A stretch of DNA of 64,000 bases, taken from positions 2,976,001 through 3,040,000 of the forward strand of contig NC_082730.1 of the NCBI RefSeq assembly GCF_030144855.1. The letters are read 5' to 3'. This DNA comes from Hypanus sabinus (Eukaryota). Each line of letters opens with the position of its first letter. The first letter of the stretch is position 1. Of the stretch, positions 25,101 through 39,900 are shown piece by piece. Below the pieces are notes generated by a model, which was not told the DNA's origin, did not search any database, and worked only from the letters and a program-made list of their open reading frames with translations. Both the position numbers and the translations under genes were made by a program.

Positions 25101-25806
25101 TCTCACGATCTTCTCTGGACCCTCTCAATGCCAGCACATCTTTTATTCGATCAGGGGACCAAAACTCCTCACAGTACAGCAAGTGTGGTCTGACCAGTGA
25201 TTTCCAAAGCCTCAGCTTTGCATTCTTGATTTTATTTTCTGGTTCTTAAAAAATGATTGCAAACGTTGCATTTGCCTTCCTTACCAGCAACTGAAACTGC
25301 AAATTAAACATCAGATTTCATCTTCTCCCTCACAAACTACAGGGCATGTACTATCAAATTGGAATCAAAATTGGGTTTCATATCACCAGAATATGTCGTG
25401 CAATTAGTTAACTCAGCGGCAGCAGGACAATGCGATACACGATAATAGAGAAAAAAAACCCTGAAATATATACAAAAAAGGATTAAGCTAAATAAGTAGT
25501 GCAAAAAAAACCAAATAAATAGTTAGGTAGTGTTCATGGACTCAGTGTCTCCTCAGAAATCTGACCACAGAGGGGAAGTAGCTGTTCCTGAATGGTTGAA
25601 GGTGTGCCTTTAGGCTTCTGTACCTCCTTCCTCATAGTAACAGTGAGAACAGGGCATGTCCTAGGTAATGGGGACATTTCAAAATGGACACCAACTTTTG
25701 GATGCATTGCTCCTTTAAGATCTTCTGGATACTATGGAGGCTAGTGCACACAATGGAGCTAACTAAATTTACAACTCCCTGCAGCTTACTTTGATCCTGC
25801 CTGGTA

Positions 25807-27158
25807 CAGGTGTCCTCCACTTTTAAAACATTCGCTTTACGACACTTCGCTGTTACCAAAGACCTCCATTAGTTACCTGTTTTCGCTAACAGAAGGTGTC
25901 TTGACTGTTACGAAAAAAGGCAGCATGCGCCCCGAGCAGCCAAGCTCCTCCCTCGGAACTGCATTCTAGCCGCCATTGCTTAAACATGTTCCTATGAGCA
26001 TTTATGCTTTACGTCAATTTATTTTGTGCATCCATTAGCAAGATGAGTTCTAAGGTATCAGAAAAGCCCAAAAGAGCTCGTAAGAGTGTTCCACTTAGAG
26101 TAAAACTAGACATAATTATGCATTTCGATCGTGGTGAATGACGTAAGGACGTAGTGAGTTTGGCTAAGGAGCCTGGGTTCACGGAAGTTGACGAAGATGA
26201 TGTTGAAGAGGTTTTGGCATCCGATGACTAAGAACTGACAGATGAAGAGCAGATGTAATTGCGAGAGGAAAGGATAACAATTGAAACCGAACGCAGTAGC
26301 GAACGGCCCAAAATTGCAGTCGTCCAGGAACTGAACATGAAGCAACTGCATGAGATTTTCACTGCGTTTGACAACTCTGCAATGATTGCAAAAAGTATGA
26401 CTTTAATTTTGAAAGGGTACGTAGGTTTAGGGCAGGTTTGCAGGATGTTTTGAGTGCTTACAAAGAACTGTATGATAGAAAAATGCACGAGGCTAAGCAG
26501 TCAAGCATACTGCCGTTCTTCAAGCCTTCCACATCAGCCGATGAACCTCGACCTTTGACATCGAGGCAGGCAGACATAGAAGTTGTAGTGACCTGCCTGC
26601 CCTGATGGAAACAGACAATGATAAGATGCCACCCCAGTCTCCCACCACCCCAACCTCCGATGGCTCAACCTAACACACCATCATCAGTGTGCTCACTGTC
26701 TTCCCGATTCCGGTAAGTGAAACTACACTGCACATACTTTATTTCTACTTTATATAGGCTGTGTATTTTTATGTGTTAATTGGTATGATTTGGCAGCTTC
26801 ATAGCTTAAAGGTTACTGGAGTGAGTGCTTCTGCCAAGAGCGCTTGTGCCTAGTGCTTCTGCCAAGAAAGAGATTTTCACTACGGTGGATAATGCTGCAA
26901 TGATTACAGAAATGTACAGTAATTCTACTTTATATAGGCTGTGTATTTATCATATCATTCCTGCTTTTCCTATATGTTACTGTTATTTTAGGTTTTATAT
27001 GTTATTTGGCATGATTTGTTAGGTTATTTTTTGGGTCTGCGAATGCTCACAAATTTTGCCCATATAAATACATGGTAGTTGCTTCTTCACTTTCTGACAT
27101 TCTGGCTTACAAACCGTTTCATAGGAACACTCTACCTTCAGATAGCGGGGGAAACCAG
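25807..27158 (+). mobile_element. Tigger/pogo (TcMar) DNA transposon, internally deleted
   Basis: TA target duplication (25805-06, 27159-60); imperfect TIRs caggtgtcctccac / gcgggggaaaccag; N-terminal CENP-B-type HTH remnant RKSVPLRVKLDII and C-terminal acidic remnant GFTEVDEDDVEEVL..ELNMKQL. Confidence 0.82.
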
Positions 27159-27160
27159 TA

Positions 27161-28320
27161 GCTCTCCCCACCCCCATACCAGTCAGTGATGCGGCCAGTT
27201 AGAATGCTCTCCAGAGTACACCTGCAGAAATTTGTGAGTGTTTTAGGTGACAAACCAAATTTCCTCAAACTCCTCATGAAATTTTGCCACTGTCTTGCCT
27301 TCTTTACAACTGCATTGATATGCTGGTACCAGGTTAGATCCTCAGAGATATTGACACCCAATAACTTGAAATTGCTCATCCTTTCCCCTTCAGATTCATC
27401 TCTAAGGGCTGATGTGTGTTTCTTTGTCTGATCCTTCCACAATCGGTTCTTTCATCTTACTGACATCGAGTGCAAGGTTGTTGCACTCAACTAGCTGGTA
27501 TATCTCATTCTTGTATGCCCTGTTATCCTCATCTGAGATTCTGCCAACAATGGTTGTATCATCAGCAAATTTATAGATGGCATTTGAACTGTGCTAGCCA
27601 CAGTCATGGGTGTAGAGAGAGCACAACAGTGGACTGAGCACACATCCCTGAGGTGCACCAGTGTTGACTGTCAGCAAGGTGAGGATGTCATTTCCAATCC
27701 GCACAGACAGTGGTCTTCTGGCGAGGAAGCAGAAATCCGAGTTGCAGAGGGAGGTACGGAGGCCCACGCTCAGGAGCTATTTGATCAGAACTGTAACTAT
27801 GAAGATCCCTGCAGCACCTGGTTAAATGCTGAGCTGTACTCAATAAACAGCATCCTGAGAAGGGTACTTGTACTTTCCAGAAGATCCAAGACCACCTGGT
27901 GAGCCAATGAGATAATCTCCACTGTAGACCAGTTGTGGCAACAGGCAAATTGCAGTGGGTCCAGATTCTTGCAGAGGCAGGCATAGATTCTGGCCATAAC
28001 CAGCCCTTCAGAGCACTGCAGATGTGAGTGAGTGCTACTGGACGATAGTCATTAAGGCAGTTCACATTGCTCTTTTTGGGACTGGACTGCCCCTTTGAAG
28101 CAGGTGGGAACTTCTGACTGTAGCAATGAGAGATTGAAAGTGTCTTTGAACACACCTACCAGTTGGTTGGCACAAGTTTTCAGAATCCTGTCATGTACCC
28201 TATCAGGGCCTGTCTACCTGTGATGGTTCAAACTCTTGAAAGACAGCCTGACATCAGCCTCCAAGGCAGGGATCACAACTTCACTAGGTGATGCGGGGAT
28301 CTTCGTAGCTGTAGTGTTTA
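27161..28320 (-). mobile_element. Rex1/Babar-like LINE fragment
   Basis: NCLNDYRPVALT, LDPLQFA, RMLFIEYSSAFN and LRKFGLSPKTLTNFCRCTLESILT motifs in broken frames. Confidence 0.82.
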
Positions 28321-29249
28321 CTAGGATGTTACCAGGGCCAGAGTGCTTGCGTTATAATGAAAGACAAAACAATCAGGTTTTTTTTTAGCCCACTGGAGAA
28401 GAAAAGCCTGAAGGATGACATTATAGATATTTATCTATTTGAAAGCCCACAAGATCACTTAGTTTACAGTGCAGATCAAAGCTGGTGGGTACAATGTCGT
28501 AAGCATCACGGAAACATGGCTGAGAGGATCAGAGGTGGGAGCAGAACATCTCAGGATATGCATCTCATTGAAAAGAAATGCATCTCATTGAGAAGGAATA
28601 TGGGCGGGGGGGGGGGGTAGACCTGTTAAAATTCTATTTAAATCAATAGTAAGAAACAACATAGGATCAGAGGATGTAGAATCCTTATGGTCAGAGTTGA
28701 GGAACTGCAAAGGTAAAAACCCAACGGAAGTTGTATACAAGACTCTGAGTAGTAGCCTGGATGTGGTATATAAAATACATCAGGACATAAGGCAGCACTA
28801 TGGCGATCACGGGAGACAGAGGAAACCAAATTTAGCCATGACATTAATGCCCTAATTCTGCTTTGAGATAGTATGGATAAGTCACGAAGAACACAGGATG
28901 AATAATCACATTCTTTTTCCCCAGGGTAGGGGAGTAAAAATCTAGAGGGCAGAGGTTTAAGGTGAAAGGAGAGTTATTCAGAGGCAGGTTTTTCACACCA
29001 TGAGTGATGGATATATGGAACAGACTGTCAGAGAAAGCAGAAGGGGTGTGTACAGTTACAACATTTAAACCATTTGGACAGGTACACAGATAGAAAAGGA
29101 TCAGAGGGATAGGACGAGCTCAGGGAGGAAGCAGACTTAAGGTGGACAAGTTGGGCTGTAGAGCTGTTTCCATGCAGTAAAGCTCCATGACTCTTTAGGC
29201 CAGTGTTTGCCCCCGTGAGAATGCACTCATAAGCAGTCCCGTCCAACAC

Positions 29250-29480
29250 CCACACTGAGTGGTGACTTCTACCTCCCGGCAGTTTGCTGGTTAGGCTGCC
29301 TCAGCTGGATTCAGGAAGACCCCCAGATAAAGGAGATGGCCGAAAAGGCCTCCGGGACCTTACGCATTCACCGTCTATCAAAGAAGTCTCTGATCACATG
29401 CAGCATGTCGTCAGTATAAGCTGAAAGGACCACCTCCACACTCGGCCTATGTAAGAGTGTGTAGAGGAGTTTCATTCTGG
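29250..29480 (-). mobile_element. Short Tx1/L1-clade RT remnant
   Basis: VVLSAYTDDMLHVIRD resembles the Tx1 AYADD block. Confidence 0.4.
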
Positions 29481-30339
29481 GTCTCCCTGTGCTATCTTTA
29501 TTAACAAAAATAATAGCTACTTGTCTAAGGAGTACTTTTACACAATGTAGTTCAAAGTGCTCTACAACGGGATAAACTGCAAACATGAATATAACATAAA
29601 ATTAAAATTAAGTAAAAATAAACATGAAGATAAAAGACAAGAAGATGTTAGTTAAAAGCAAGGTTAAATAAATAGGTTTTCAGCTGACATCTAAGAGAGT
29701 CAACTGAGTCTGTATCCCTTGTTGTTTTAGGTGTTAAATTCTACAGTTTTGGAGCGCAGTTCAAAATATAGGAGATAAAGTAGGTTTATGAAGTTTAATG
29801 CATTAAGTTCAAAGTAAATTTATTATCAAAGTATATATATGTCACCATATACTATCTTGCAAGCATAATCAATAAATCCATGATAGAATAATAACCATAA
29901 TAGAATCAATGAAAGGCCGCACCAACTTGGGCATTCAACCAAATGTCATCAAACTATGAAAATACAAAAATGAATCAGTAATAATAATAAACAATAAATA
30001 TCAAGAACATGCAACAAAAAATCCTTGAAAGTGAGTCTATTGGTTGTGGGAACACTTCAACGATGGGACAGTGTAGCAAGGCAGACATTCTGCTTGGCCA
30101 GAAGCCTGGACTGCCTCCTGCCAAGACCTTGAATTCATGCCAGGAGCAAACAAATGAGGAGATACCTCAAATGACTAGTCTCCCTCCACACTCGCTGTCT
30201 AAATATCTGGAATTGAGGCTGAATTGTGACTGGACCCTGAGGAGCAGCCCTTGTAAAGAAGCAAATGAGGCTGTAACCTCTCACTCTCCACATTGGTACG
30301 AGGAACAGACACTTGAAAGTTGCAAAGATTACCCACAGC

Positions 30340-30800
30340 TGATGAGTCACAACATCAGCTGCAGAGTTCTACGGAGGACCAGCGGAGAACATTCTGCCTG
30401 GTTACATCATCCTCTGGTATAGAAGGTCAATTGTGTAGGATCGAAAGAATCTGCAGAGGACTGTAGACACAGCCAACTCCATCACAGACACAACCTTCCC
30501 CATCATCTAGAACAGACAGTGGGAACTATCATTAAGGACACTCACCATCTGAAACACGACCTCTTTGAGTTACTACCTGAACACACGATCTTTGTTTCAA
30601 GAACAGATTCTTCCCCTCCACCATTAGATTTCTGAACCATTCACGAACCTAGTAACAATACCTTGCTATTCCTCTTTTACACAGTTTATTATTTGTAATT
30701 TAGTGTAATTGATGTTTCATGGCAGCAGTACATGCCTTGCACAATGCTACTACCACTAAACAATAGATTTCACAACATTTGCCACTGATAATAAACCTGA
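30340..30800 (+). mobile_element. Old Rex1/Babar-like 3' fragment
   Basis: Degenerate similarity to the 3' region at 50467-51070 (ESILPGYII.W..RKNLQRTVDTA). Confidence 0.55.
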
Positions 30801-31039
30801 TTGGTGGTGGATGGTTGTACGAGCAGCTGTACTTCTAAGACCACTGACTCCAGGCAGACAAGCTCTGATGAGTATTGATAGTGGCTGGGTTCACCAAACT
30901 TGTAAAGACACTGCGCAGCAGAAAGCAATGGCAAACCACCTCAGTAGAAAAATTTACTAAGAAAAATCATGTTCTTTGACCATGAACGCTATGCCCATAT
31001 GATACGGCACATAATGAATGAGCCATAGTCGTAGAAAAG

Positions 31040-33872
31040 TATGAAACTGAAACAGGTTCTTCACCCATCTAGTCTGTACGAAACCATTTAAACTGCCTAC
31101 TCCCATCACCCTGCACCCTCCATACCCCTACCATGCATATACCTACACAAATTTCTCTTAAGTGTTGAAAATGAGCCTGCATTCACCACTTGTGCTAGAA
31201 GCTCATTGCACGCTCTCACAACCCTCTGAATGAAGAAGTTTCCCCTCATGTTCCTCCTAAACTTTACACCTTTTACCCTGAACACATGACTTCTGGTTGT
31301 AGTCCCTCCCAAACTCAGTAGAAAAAGACTGCTTACATTTACCCTCTCTATACTCTTCATAATTTAGTATACCTTTTTCAAGTCCCTCCTCAATCTTCTA
31401 CATTCCATAGAATAAAGCCCTAACCTATGCCAACTTTCCTTACAACTCAGGTCCTCCAGATCCAGCAACATTCGTGTCAATTTTCTCTGTAGTCTTTCAA
31501 CCTTACTTACATCTTTGCTGCAGGAGGGTGACCAAAGCTGCACACAATAATTCACTTAACCTCACAAATGACTTCTACAACTTCAGCATAACATCTCAAC
31601 TCCAGCACTCAATCCTTTGATTTATGAATGGTGCCAAAAGATTTCTTCACAACCCTATCTACCTGTGCTGCCATTCTCAATGAATTATAGACCTGTAGTC
31701 CCAGATCCCTTTGTTCTACCGCACTCCTCAGTGCCCGATTGTTCACTGTGTAAGACCTACCCTGGCTGGTCCTCCCAAAGCACAATGCAATAATAAGGCA
31801 TAGGAGTAGAATTTAGGCATTTGTCCTAACAAAATCTTCTTTGGCATTTCATCATGGCTGATCCAATTTTCCTTACAGTCCCAATCTCCTGCCTTCTCCC
31901 CATATCCCTTCACACCCTGACTAATCAAGTATCTATCAACCGCTGCCTCAAATATATGTAAGACTTGGCCTCCACAGCTGCCTGTGGTAAAGAATTCTAC
32001 AGATTCATCACTCTACAACTAAAGAAATTCCTCCTAATCTCCATTCTAAAAGGACGCCTCTCTATTCTGTGGCTGTATCCTCTGGTCTTAGACTCTCCCA
32101 TCACAGGAAACATTCTCTTCATATCCACTCTATCAAGGCCTTTCACTATTTGATAAGTTTCAATGAGGTCACCCCTCATTCTTCTAAATTCCAGTGAATA
32201 CAGGCTCAGACCCACCAAATGTTCTTTATATGACAAACTGTCCAATACCAGAATCATTTTCATAAACTACTTTTGAACCTGTCCAGTATCAGCACATCCT
32301 TTCTAAGATAAAGGGCCCAGAACTGCTCTCAAAACTCCAGGTCAGACCTCACCAGTGCTTTATAAAGTCTCAACATTACATCCTTGCTTGTATATTCTAG
32401 TCCTCTTGAAATAAATGTTAACATCACATTTGCCTTCCTCACTACATGGAATCTTTATGGAATCCTGCACAAGCATTCCCAAGTCCCTTTGCACCTCACT
32501 GTTCTATATTTTCTCTCCATTTAGAAAATAGTCAGCCCTTTCATTTCTTCTGCCAAACTGCATGACCATGCACTTTCCGACACTGTATTCTATCTGCTAC
32601 TTCTTTGCCCATTCTCCTGATCTTAGTCCTTCTGTAGCCTCTCTACTTCATCAAAACTAACTGCCCCTTCACTTATTTTCATATTGTCTGCAAACATCGC
32701 AAAAAAAGCTATTAATTCCATCATCCAATTCATTGACATATAATTGAAAAAGAATCTGCCCAAACCCCATGGAATACTAGTCACTTACAGCTAAAAAGAA
32801 AAGGCTCCCTTTATTCTCACTCTCTGCCTACTGTCAATCAGCCACTGCATGGTAGAATCTTTTCTGTATTACCATGGGCTCACAGCTTGTTAAGCAGCCT
32901 CATGTGTGGCACCTTGTCAAAGGCTTTCTGAAAATCCAATTACACAACATCAACTGATTCTCCTTTATCTATGCTGCTTGTTACTTCTTCAAAGAATTCC
33001 AACAGAATTGTCAGGCAAGATTTTCCCTTGAGAAAACAACGCTGATTACAGCCTACCTTATCATATGCTCATAATTTCATTTCCTCTACCACTCTCCCTT
33101 CTTGAAGAGTGGAGCTACACTTGCAATGTTTCAGTCTTCAGGAACCATTCCAGAATCCAGTGATTCTTGAAAGCTCATAATTAATGCTTCCACAATTTCT
33201 TCAGTCACCACTTTCAGATCACTGGGATGTACACCATGTGGTTCAAGTGACTTATCGACCTTCAGACCATTCAGTTTCCCAAGAACATTCTCTCTTGTAA
33301 TGGTAACTTCACCCAATTCATGATCCCTGACACCTGGAACTTTCACCATACTGCTAGTGTCTTCAATAGTGAAGACTGATGCAAAATATTTACTCAGTTT
33401 GTCCACTATTTCCTTGTCCCCCATTTCTGCCTCTCCAACATTTTTTTCAGCAGTCCAATATCCACTTTCACTTCTCTTTTACACTTTATGAAGCTTAAGA
33501 AACTTCTGGTATCCTCTTTAATTTATTACCTAGCTTATTTTCTTATTTCATCTTTACCTTCTTAATGACTTTTTTAGTTGTCTTCTGTTGGTTTTTAAAA
33601 ACTTCCCAATCCTCTAAGTTCCTACTAATCTTTACTCTTTTATATGCCTTCTCTTTGGATTTTTGTTGGCTTTGACTTCCCTTGTTAACCACGATTGTAT
33701 CATCTTGCCTTTAGAATACTTGTTCCTCTTTGGGATGTAGATATCCTGTGCCTTCTGAATTGCTCCAGAAATTCCAGCTATTGCTGCTCTGCCAGTGTTC
33801 TTTTCCAATCAATTTGGACAACTCCTCTCTCATGCCTCTGTAATTCACTTTACTACACTGTAAAACTGATAT
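31040..33872 (-). mobile_element. Two adjacent decayed CR1 LINE fragments
   Basis: Minus-strand ORF2 pieces: GNFFIQRVV (31106-31360), CVQLWSP (31364-31555), GLYSLEFRRMRGDLIETY (31997-32263), KYFASVFT..DSGMVPED (33131-33424). Confidence 0.88.
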
Positions 33873-33877
33873 ATAGA

Positions 33878-34155
33878 CAATAGGTGCAGAAGTAGACCAT
33901 TCGGCCCTTCGAGCCTGCACCGCCATTTTGAGATCATGGCTGATCAATTCCTATCAATACCATGTTCCTGCCTTGTCTCCATATCCCTTGATTCCCCTAT
34001 CCATAAGATACCTATCTAGCTCCTTCTTGAAAGCATCCAGAGAATTGGCCTCCACTACCTTTCGAGGCACTGCATTCCAGACCCCCATGACTCTCTGGGA
34101 GAAGAAGTTTTTCCTTAACTCTGTCCTAAATGACCTACCCCTTATTCTCAAACCA
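33878..34155 (-). mobile_element. CR1 3'-end fragment
   Basis: RIRGRSFRTELRKNFFSQRV..GYGDKAGTWY* followed by a CR1 3' UTR. Confidence 0.88.
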
Positions 34156-36936
34156 TGCCTCCGGCACAGAGGACGGCCCTGTAGCTCCGAAGGGTAGGGA
34201 GAGAAGAAAGAGGACCATAGTAATAGGGGACTCGATAGTCAGGGGTTCAGACAGGCGGTTTTGTGGAGGTGATCGGGAGTCCCGGATGGTAGTTTGCCTC
34301 CCTGATGCCAGGGTTCGGGACGTTTCTGATCGTGTCCAAGATATCCTGAAGTAGGAGGGTGAGGAGCCAAAGGTCGTGGTACATGTAGGTACCAATGACA
34401 TAGGTAGGAAAGGGGAAGAGGTCTTGAAACGAGAGTACAGGGAGTTTGGAAGGCAGTTAAGAAGAAGGACCGCAAAGGTAGTAATCTCGGGATTACTGCC
34501 TGTGCCACGCGACAGTGAGAGTAGGAATGGAATTAGGTGGAGGATGAATGTATGGCTGAGGGATTGGAGCAGGGGGCAGGGATTCAAGTTTCTGGATCAT
34601 TGGGACCTCTTCTGGGGCAGGCATGATCTGCTCAAGAAGGACGGGTTACACTTGAATCCTGCGGGGACCAGTATCATAGCAGGGAGGTTTGCTAGGGCTA
34701 CAGGGCAGACTTTAAACTAGTAAGATGGTGGGGCAGGAATCAATTTGAGGAAACTATGAGAGAGGAGGTTAGTTCACCAGTAGAGCAAGTAAGTAGACTG
34801 TGTGTGAGGGAGGAAAGGTAGGTGATGGAGAAGGGATGCGCTCAGCCCAAAAAGGTAGGGGAGAAGAAAGAAAAGGATAATAAATTTGGATGCATTCTTA
34901 GGGATGAAAAGAGAGGAGGAGGTGGAGAGTATCTTAAATGTATCTATTTTAATGCTAGGAGCATTGTAAGAAAGGTGGATGAGCTTAAAGCGTGGATTGC
35001 TACCTGGAATTATGATGTTGTAGCTGTTAGTGAAACATGGTTGCAGGAAGGGTGTGATTGGCAACTAAATATTCCTGGATTTAGTTGCTTCAGGTGTGAT
35101 AGAGTAGGAGGGGCCAGAGGAGGAGGTGTTGCATTGCTTGTCCGAGAAAATCTTATGGCGGTGCTTTGGAAGGATAGATTAGCGAGCTCCTCTAGGGAGA
35201 CTATTTGGGTGGAACTGAAGAATGGGAAAGGTGCTGTGACACTGATAGGAGTGTTTTATAGGCCACCTAATGGGGTACGTGAGTTGGAAGAGCAAATGTG
35301 TAAGGAGATAGCAGATATTTGTAGTAAAAACAAGGTGGTGATTGTGGAAGATTTTAATTTTCCACATGTAGGTTGGGAAGCTCATTCTGTAAAAGGGCTG
35401 GATGGTTTAGAGTTTGTGAAATGTGTGCAGGATAGTTTTTTGCAACAATACATAGAAGTACTGACTAGAGATGGGGCAATGTTGGATCTCCTGTTAGGGA
35501 ATGCGATAGGTCAGCTGACAGATGTATGTGTTGGGGAGCACTTCGGGTCCAGTGATCACAATAGCATTAGCTTCAATACAATTATGGAGAAGGACAGGAC
35601 TGGACCTAGAGTTGAGATTTTTGATTGCAGAAAGGCTAACTTTGAGGAGATGCGAAGGGATTTAGAGAGAGTGGATTGGGTCAAGTTGTTTTATGGGAAG
35701 GATGTAATAGAGAAATGGAGGTCATTTAAGGGTGAAATTATGAGGGTACAGAATCTTTATGTTCCTGTTAGGTTGAAAGGAAAGGTTAAAGGTTTGAAAG
35801 CACCATGGTTTTCAAGGGATATTAGAAACTTGATTAAGAAAAAAAGGGATGTCTACAATAGATATAGGCAGGATGGAGTAAAGAAATTGCTCGAGGAGTA
35901 TAAAGAATGTAAAAGGAATCTTAAGAAAGAGATTAGAAAAGCTAAAAGAAGATACGAGGTTGGTTTGGCAAATAAGGTGAAAGTAAATCTGAAAGGTTTC
36001 TACAGTTATATTAAAAGCAAGAGGATAGTGAGGGATGAAATTGGCCCCTTAGAGAATCAGGGTGGTCAGCTATGTGTGGAGCCGAGGGAGATGGGAGAGA
36101 TTTTGAATGATTTCTTCTCTTCGGTATTCACTAAGGAGAAGGATATTAAATTGTCTAAGGTGTGGGAAACAAGTAAGGAAGTTATGGAAGCTATGACAAT
36201 TAAAGAGGTGGAAGTACTGGCGCTTTTAAGAAATTTAAAAGTGGATAAATCTCTGGGTCCTGACAGGATATTCCCCAGGACCTTGAGGGAAGTTTGTGTA
36301 GAGATAGCAGGAGCTCTGACGGAGATCTTTCAGATGTCATTAGAAACGGGGATTGTGCCGGAGGATTGGCGTATTGCTCACGTGGTTCCATTGTTTAAAA
36401 AGGGTTCTAGAAGTAAGCCTAGCAATTATAGACCTGTCAGTTTCACATCAGTGGTGGGTAAATTAATGGAAAGTATTCTTAGAGATAGTATTTATAATTA
36501 TCTGGATAGACAGGATCTGATTAGAAGTAGCCAGCTTGGATTTGTGCGTGGAAGGTCATGTTTGACAAACCTTATTGAATTTTTTGAAGAAGTTACGAGG
36601 AATGTTGACGAGGGTAAGGCAGTGGATGTAGTCTATATGGACTTCAGAAAGGCCTTTGACAAAGTTCCACATGGAAGATTAGTTAAGAAGGTGCAGTCGT
36701 TAGGTATTAATGCTGGAGTAATAAAATGGATTCAACAGAGGCGAGATGGGAGATGCCAGAGAGTAATGGTGGATAATTGTTTATCGGGATGGAGGCCAGT
36801 GACTAGCGGGGTGCCTCAGGGATCTGTTTTGGGCCCAATGTTGTTTGTAATATACATGAATGATCTGGATGATGGGGTGGTAAATTGGATTAGTAAGTAT
36901 GCCGATGATACTAAGGTAGGAGGTGTTGTGGATACT
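34156..36936 (+). mobile_element. Young CR1 LINE, truncated after the RT YADD motif
   Basis: Esterase ORF1 (IVIGDSIVRG, HVGTND, DGLHLN). Uninterrupted 705-aa ORF2 (34822-36939) with FNARS, AVSETW, SDH, NYRPVS, YMDF.KAFD, SGVPQG, KYADD. Confidence 0.96.
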
Positions 36937-39900
36937 TAAATATTTTTGTAAAAAATGTCTAACTTGAAGATATTGTAAAAACTGTGAACATGAGAGAGAA
37001 TACTTATCGACTAATTGTTCAAGACACCAATCTGCCTTCTTTAAATAAATCCAAAAAGGAATTAATACCTTTATTTTTCCAAAGTAAAAAAAAATTGGAT
37101 CACTCCAAGGTTTAAAAAAGTAATTACGATGAATTATACTACAAAGTTTAAATTTTTTAAGATTAAAAAAATTGCGGAACTGGAGCCAAATTTGTAAAGA
37201 GTGCTTAACCACAGGATGTAGGTTTATTTTTGCAACTTTAGCTAATTGTATAGGAAGAGTAACTCTTAATAACGAAGTTAAATACGACTGTTTCACACCT
37301 CTCAGTTCCAGGTCTACCTGAACTGGCTGATCATTCCTATCAGCCCAATATAAGCAAAATGACATATACCCCAAATTAACAGCCCAATAATATTCTTAGA
37401 TTAGGCAAAGCGCGACCTCCGTCCTTTTTCAACTTTTACAAATGACATTTACCAATTCTTGGTCTTTTATTATCCCAAATAAAAGATAAAATAATAGAAT
37501 CAATCCAATCAAAAAACTTCTTAGTCAAACAAACAGGAATATTATAAAAGTTTTGGTAAAATCATCATTTTAACTACATGAATACGACCAACAAGTGAAA
37601 ATGTAAGTGGGCTCCATCCTACTAAAGGAATACTTCATCGAGTCCACGAAAGGAGGAAAATTAGCTTTATAAAGATCCTTATATTTTTTAGTAATTATAA
37701 CACCTAAATATCTAAAAGAATCAGTAACTTTAAAAGGAATATTATCATATATAGAGACAGATTCACTTAAAGGAAGTAATTCACTTTTACTAAAATTTAT
37801 TTTAAATCCTGAAAAGTCTCCAAATTTGTCAAATAATTTTAGCAAAGCAGGAATAGATTCTTCAGGTTTGAATTTATATACCAATGAATCATCAGCATAA
37901 AGAGAGATCTTGTGCATGGTCTCATTCACAAAAATCCCATGAATATTTTCGGCTTCATGAAGAGCAATATCAAGGGGTTCTAATATTAAGTTAAATAACA
38001 AAGGACTTAATGGACAACCTTGTCTTGTCCCCCGTGATTGCTGAAAGAAAGGAGACCTACAGTTATTAGCGACAAAAGTAGCAATAGGAGCTTTATATAT
38101 CACTTTAATCCGATTATTAAAATAAATACCAAAACCAAATTTTTCTAAAACATTAAATAAATATTTCCATTCGACTCGATCAAATGCTTTTTCAGCATCC
38201 AAAGATATACCACATTGTGGAGTTTTAGAAGAAGGCAAATATATAACGTTGAATAATCTCTGAACATTTGAGAAAGAATAACGACCCTTTATAAAGCCTG
38301 TTTGATCTTTAAAAATGATTTTACCCAAAAAAACTCTCCAACCGATAGGCAATTATCTTTGAGAGAATTTTAGCATCAACATTCAATAATGAAATAGGTC
38401 TGTATGAGGCACTATCAGTACGATCTTTATCCTTTTTGAGAATGAAAGAAATAGAAGCTTCATAAAAAGTAGAGGGTAAATCACTTAACACGAAAGAATC
38501 TTTAAACATCTCCAACATATACGGAGAAAGCAATTTTCCTAATTTTTTATAAAATTCTACAGGATAACCATCAAGTCCCAGGGCCTTACCAGATTGCATT
38601 GAAAAAACAGTTTTATGAATTTTGGATTCAGTAATTTGGCCATCAAGAGTTTTTTGATCATCAGCAGAAATTTTAGGAAAAGCAATCTTTCATAAAAAAG
38701 CATTCATTTCAGAAGAGTCTACTGGAAATTGAGATTTATAAAGTTCAGTGTAAAAATCTTGAAAAGCCTTATTAATTCTTTCATAATCTCAAGCCAGGGT
38801 ACCATCTTTTCTACAAATTTTCAAAATTTGCCTCTTGGCTCCAGCTGATTTTAATTGAGATGCAAGTGGTTTATTATTTTTATCTCCAAACATGTAAAAT
38901 TGGCTCTTTAACTTAAGTAGATAACCTTCAATTGGATGAGTTAATAATAGGTTATATTGTGATGGAAGTTCCACCCTTTTTTTAAAATAAGTCAATATTA
39001 GGGGAAGTCACATAGGTATTATCTAAATCTTTAATTTGTTTTGAAATTTTATCTAGTTCTGCTTTAGTCTATTTTTTAAGTTTAGCTGAATAATAATCTG
39101 ACCACGTAAAAATGCTTTGAATGTATCCCATATAATTAATTTAGACATACCTCCTAAATCATTAAAAAGAAAAAAATCTTTTATCTGGCTTTCGATAAAA
39201 CTGATAAAGTAAGTTTTGCAATAAAGTCTGAGACATGCGCCATGATGGACGGCCAAAAACGACATCATCAAATTCTAAGGACAAACTCAAAGGCTCATGA
39301 TCAGATATAGCAATAGCGTCACATTCACAGTTTTTCACATTGGGCAAAAGACGGGGACCAACTATAATATAATCAATCCTTGAATATATTTTATAAACAT
39401 GTTAAAAAAAGGAATATTCTCTGTTAAGAGGGTGTAAATGCCTCCATAATTGGATCAACCCAAAATCGGTCAAAAATGAGTTAATAACTGATGCAGAACG
39501 ATTTTGAAGTCGCTGATTAGTTGAACTCTTGTCAATCATAGGATTTAAACAACAGTTAAAATCCCCATCCATTATCAACATATTGTAGCGGTGCATATAC
39601 TCATTTAAATCTGGCAGTAAAGCAAATTTTTTCTTTTTAAAAGTATCATCCAAACTAGGACCACACAAATTAACCAAAATAATCTTTCTATTACAAATCA
39701 TTCCTTTAACAATTAAAAATCTACCATTAGAATCTGATTCAGTATCCTCTTGAGTAAATATATTAGATTTAATAGACACGCCCTTAGTTTTGCTCTGAAG
39801 AGCTCTGTTCCATTTCACCAGCGATCTCCCGCCCTGATATGCATCTCCTGAGCAAAAATTATATCAGGTTGGAATCGATTAATAGTTTTAAAAGTCTTTT

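Noticed and set aside
33878-36936. Back-to-back CR1 pieces as a twin-priming 5' inversion
   Set aside because: The geometry fits, but the short 3' piece resembles the 1560-5240 subfamily rather than the 34156 copy, and I found no TSD.
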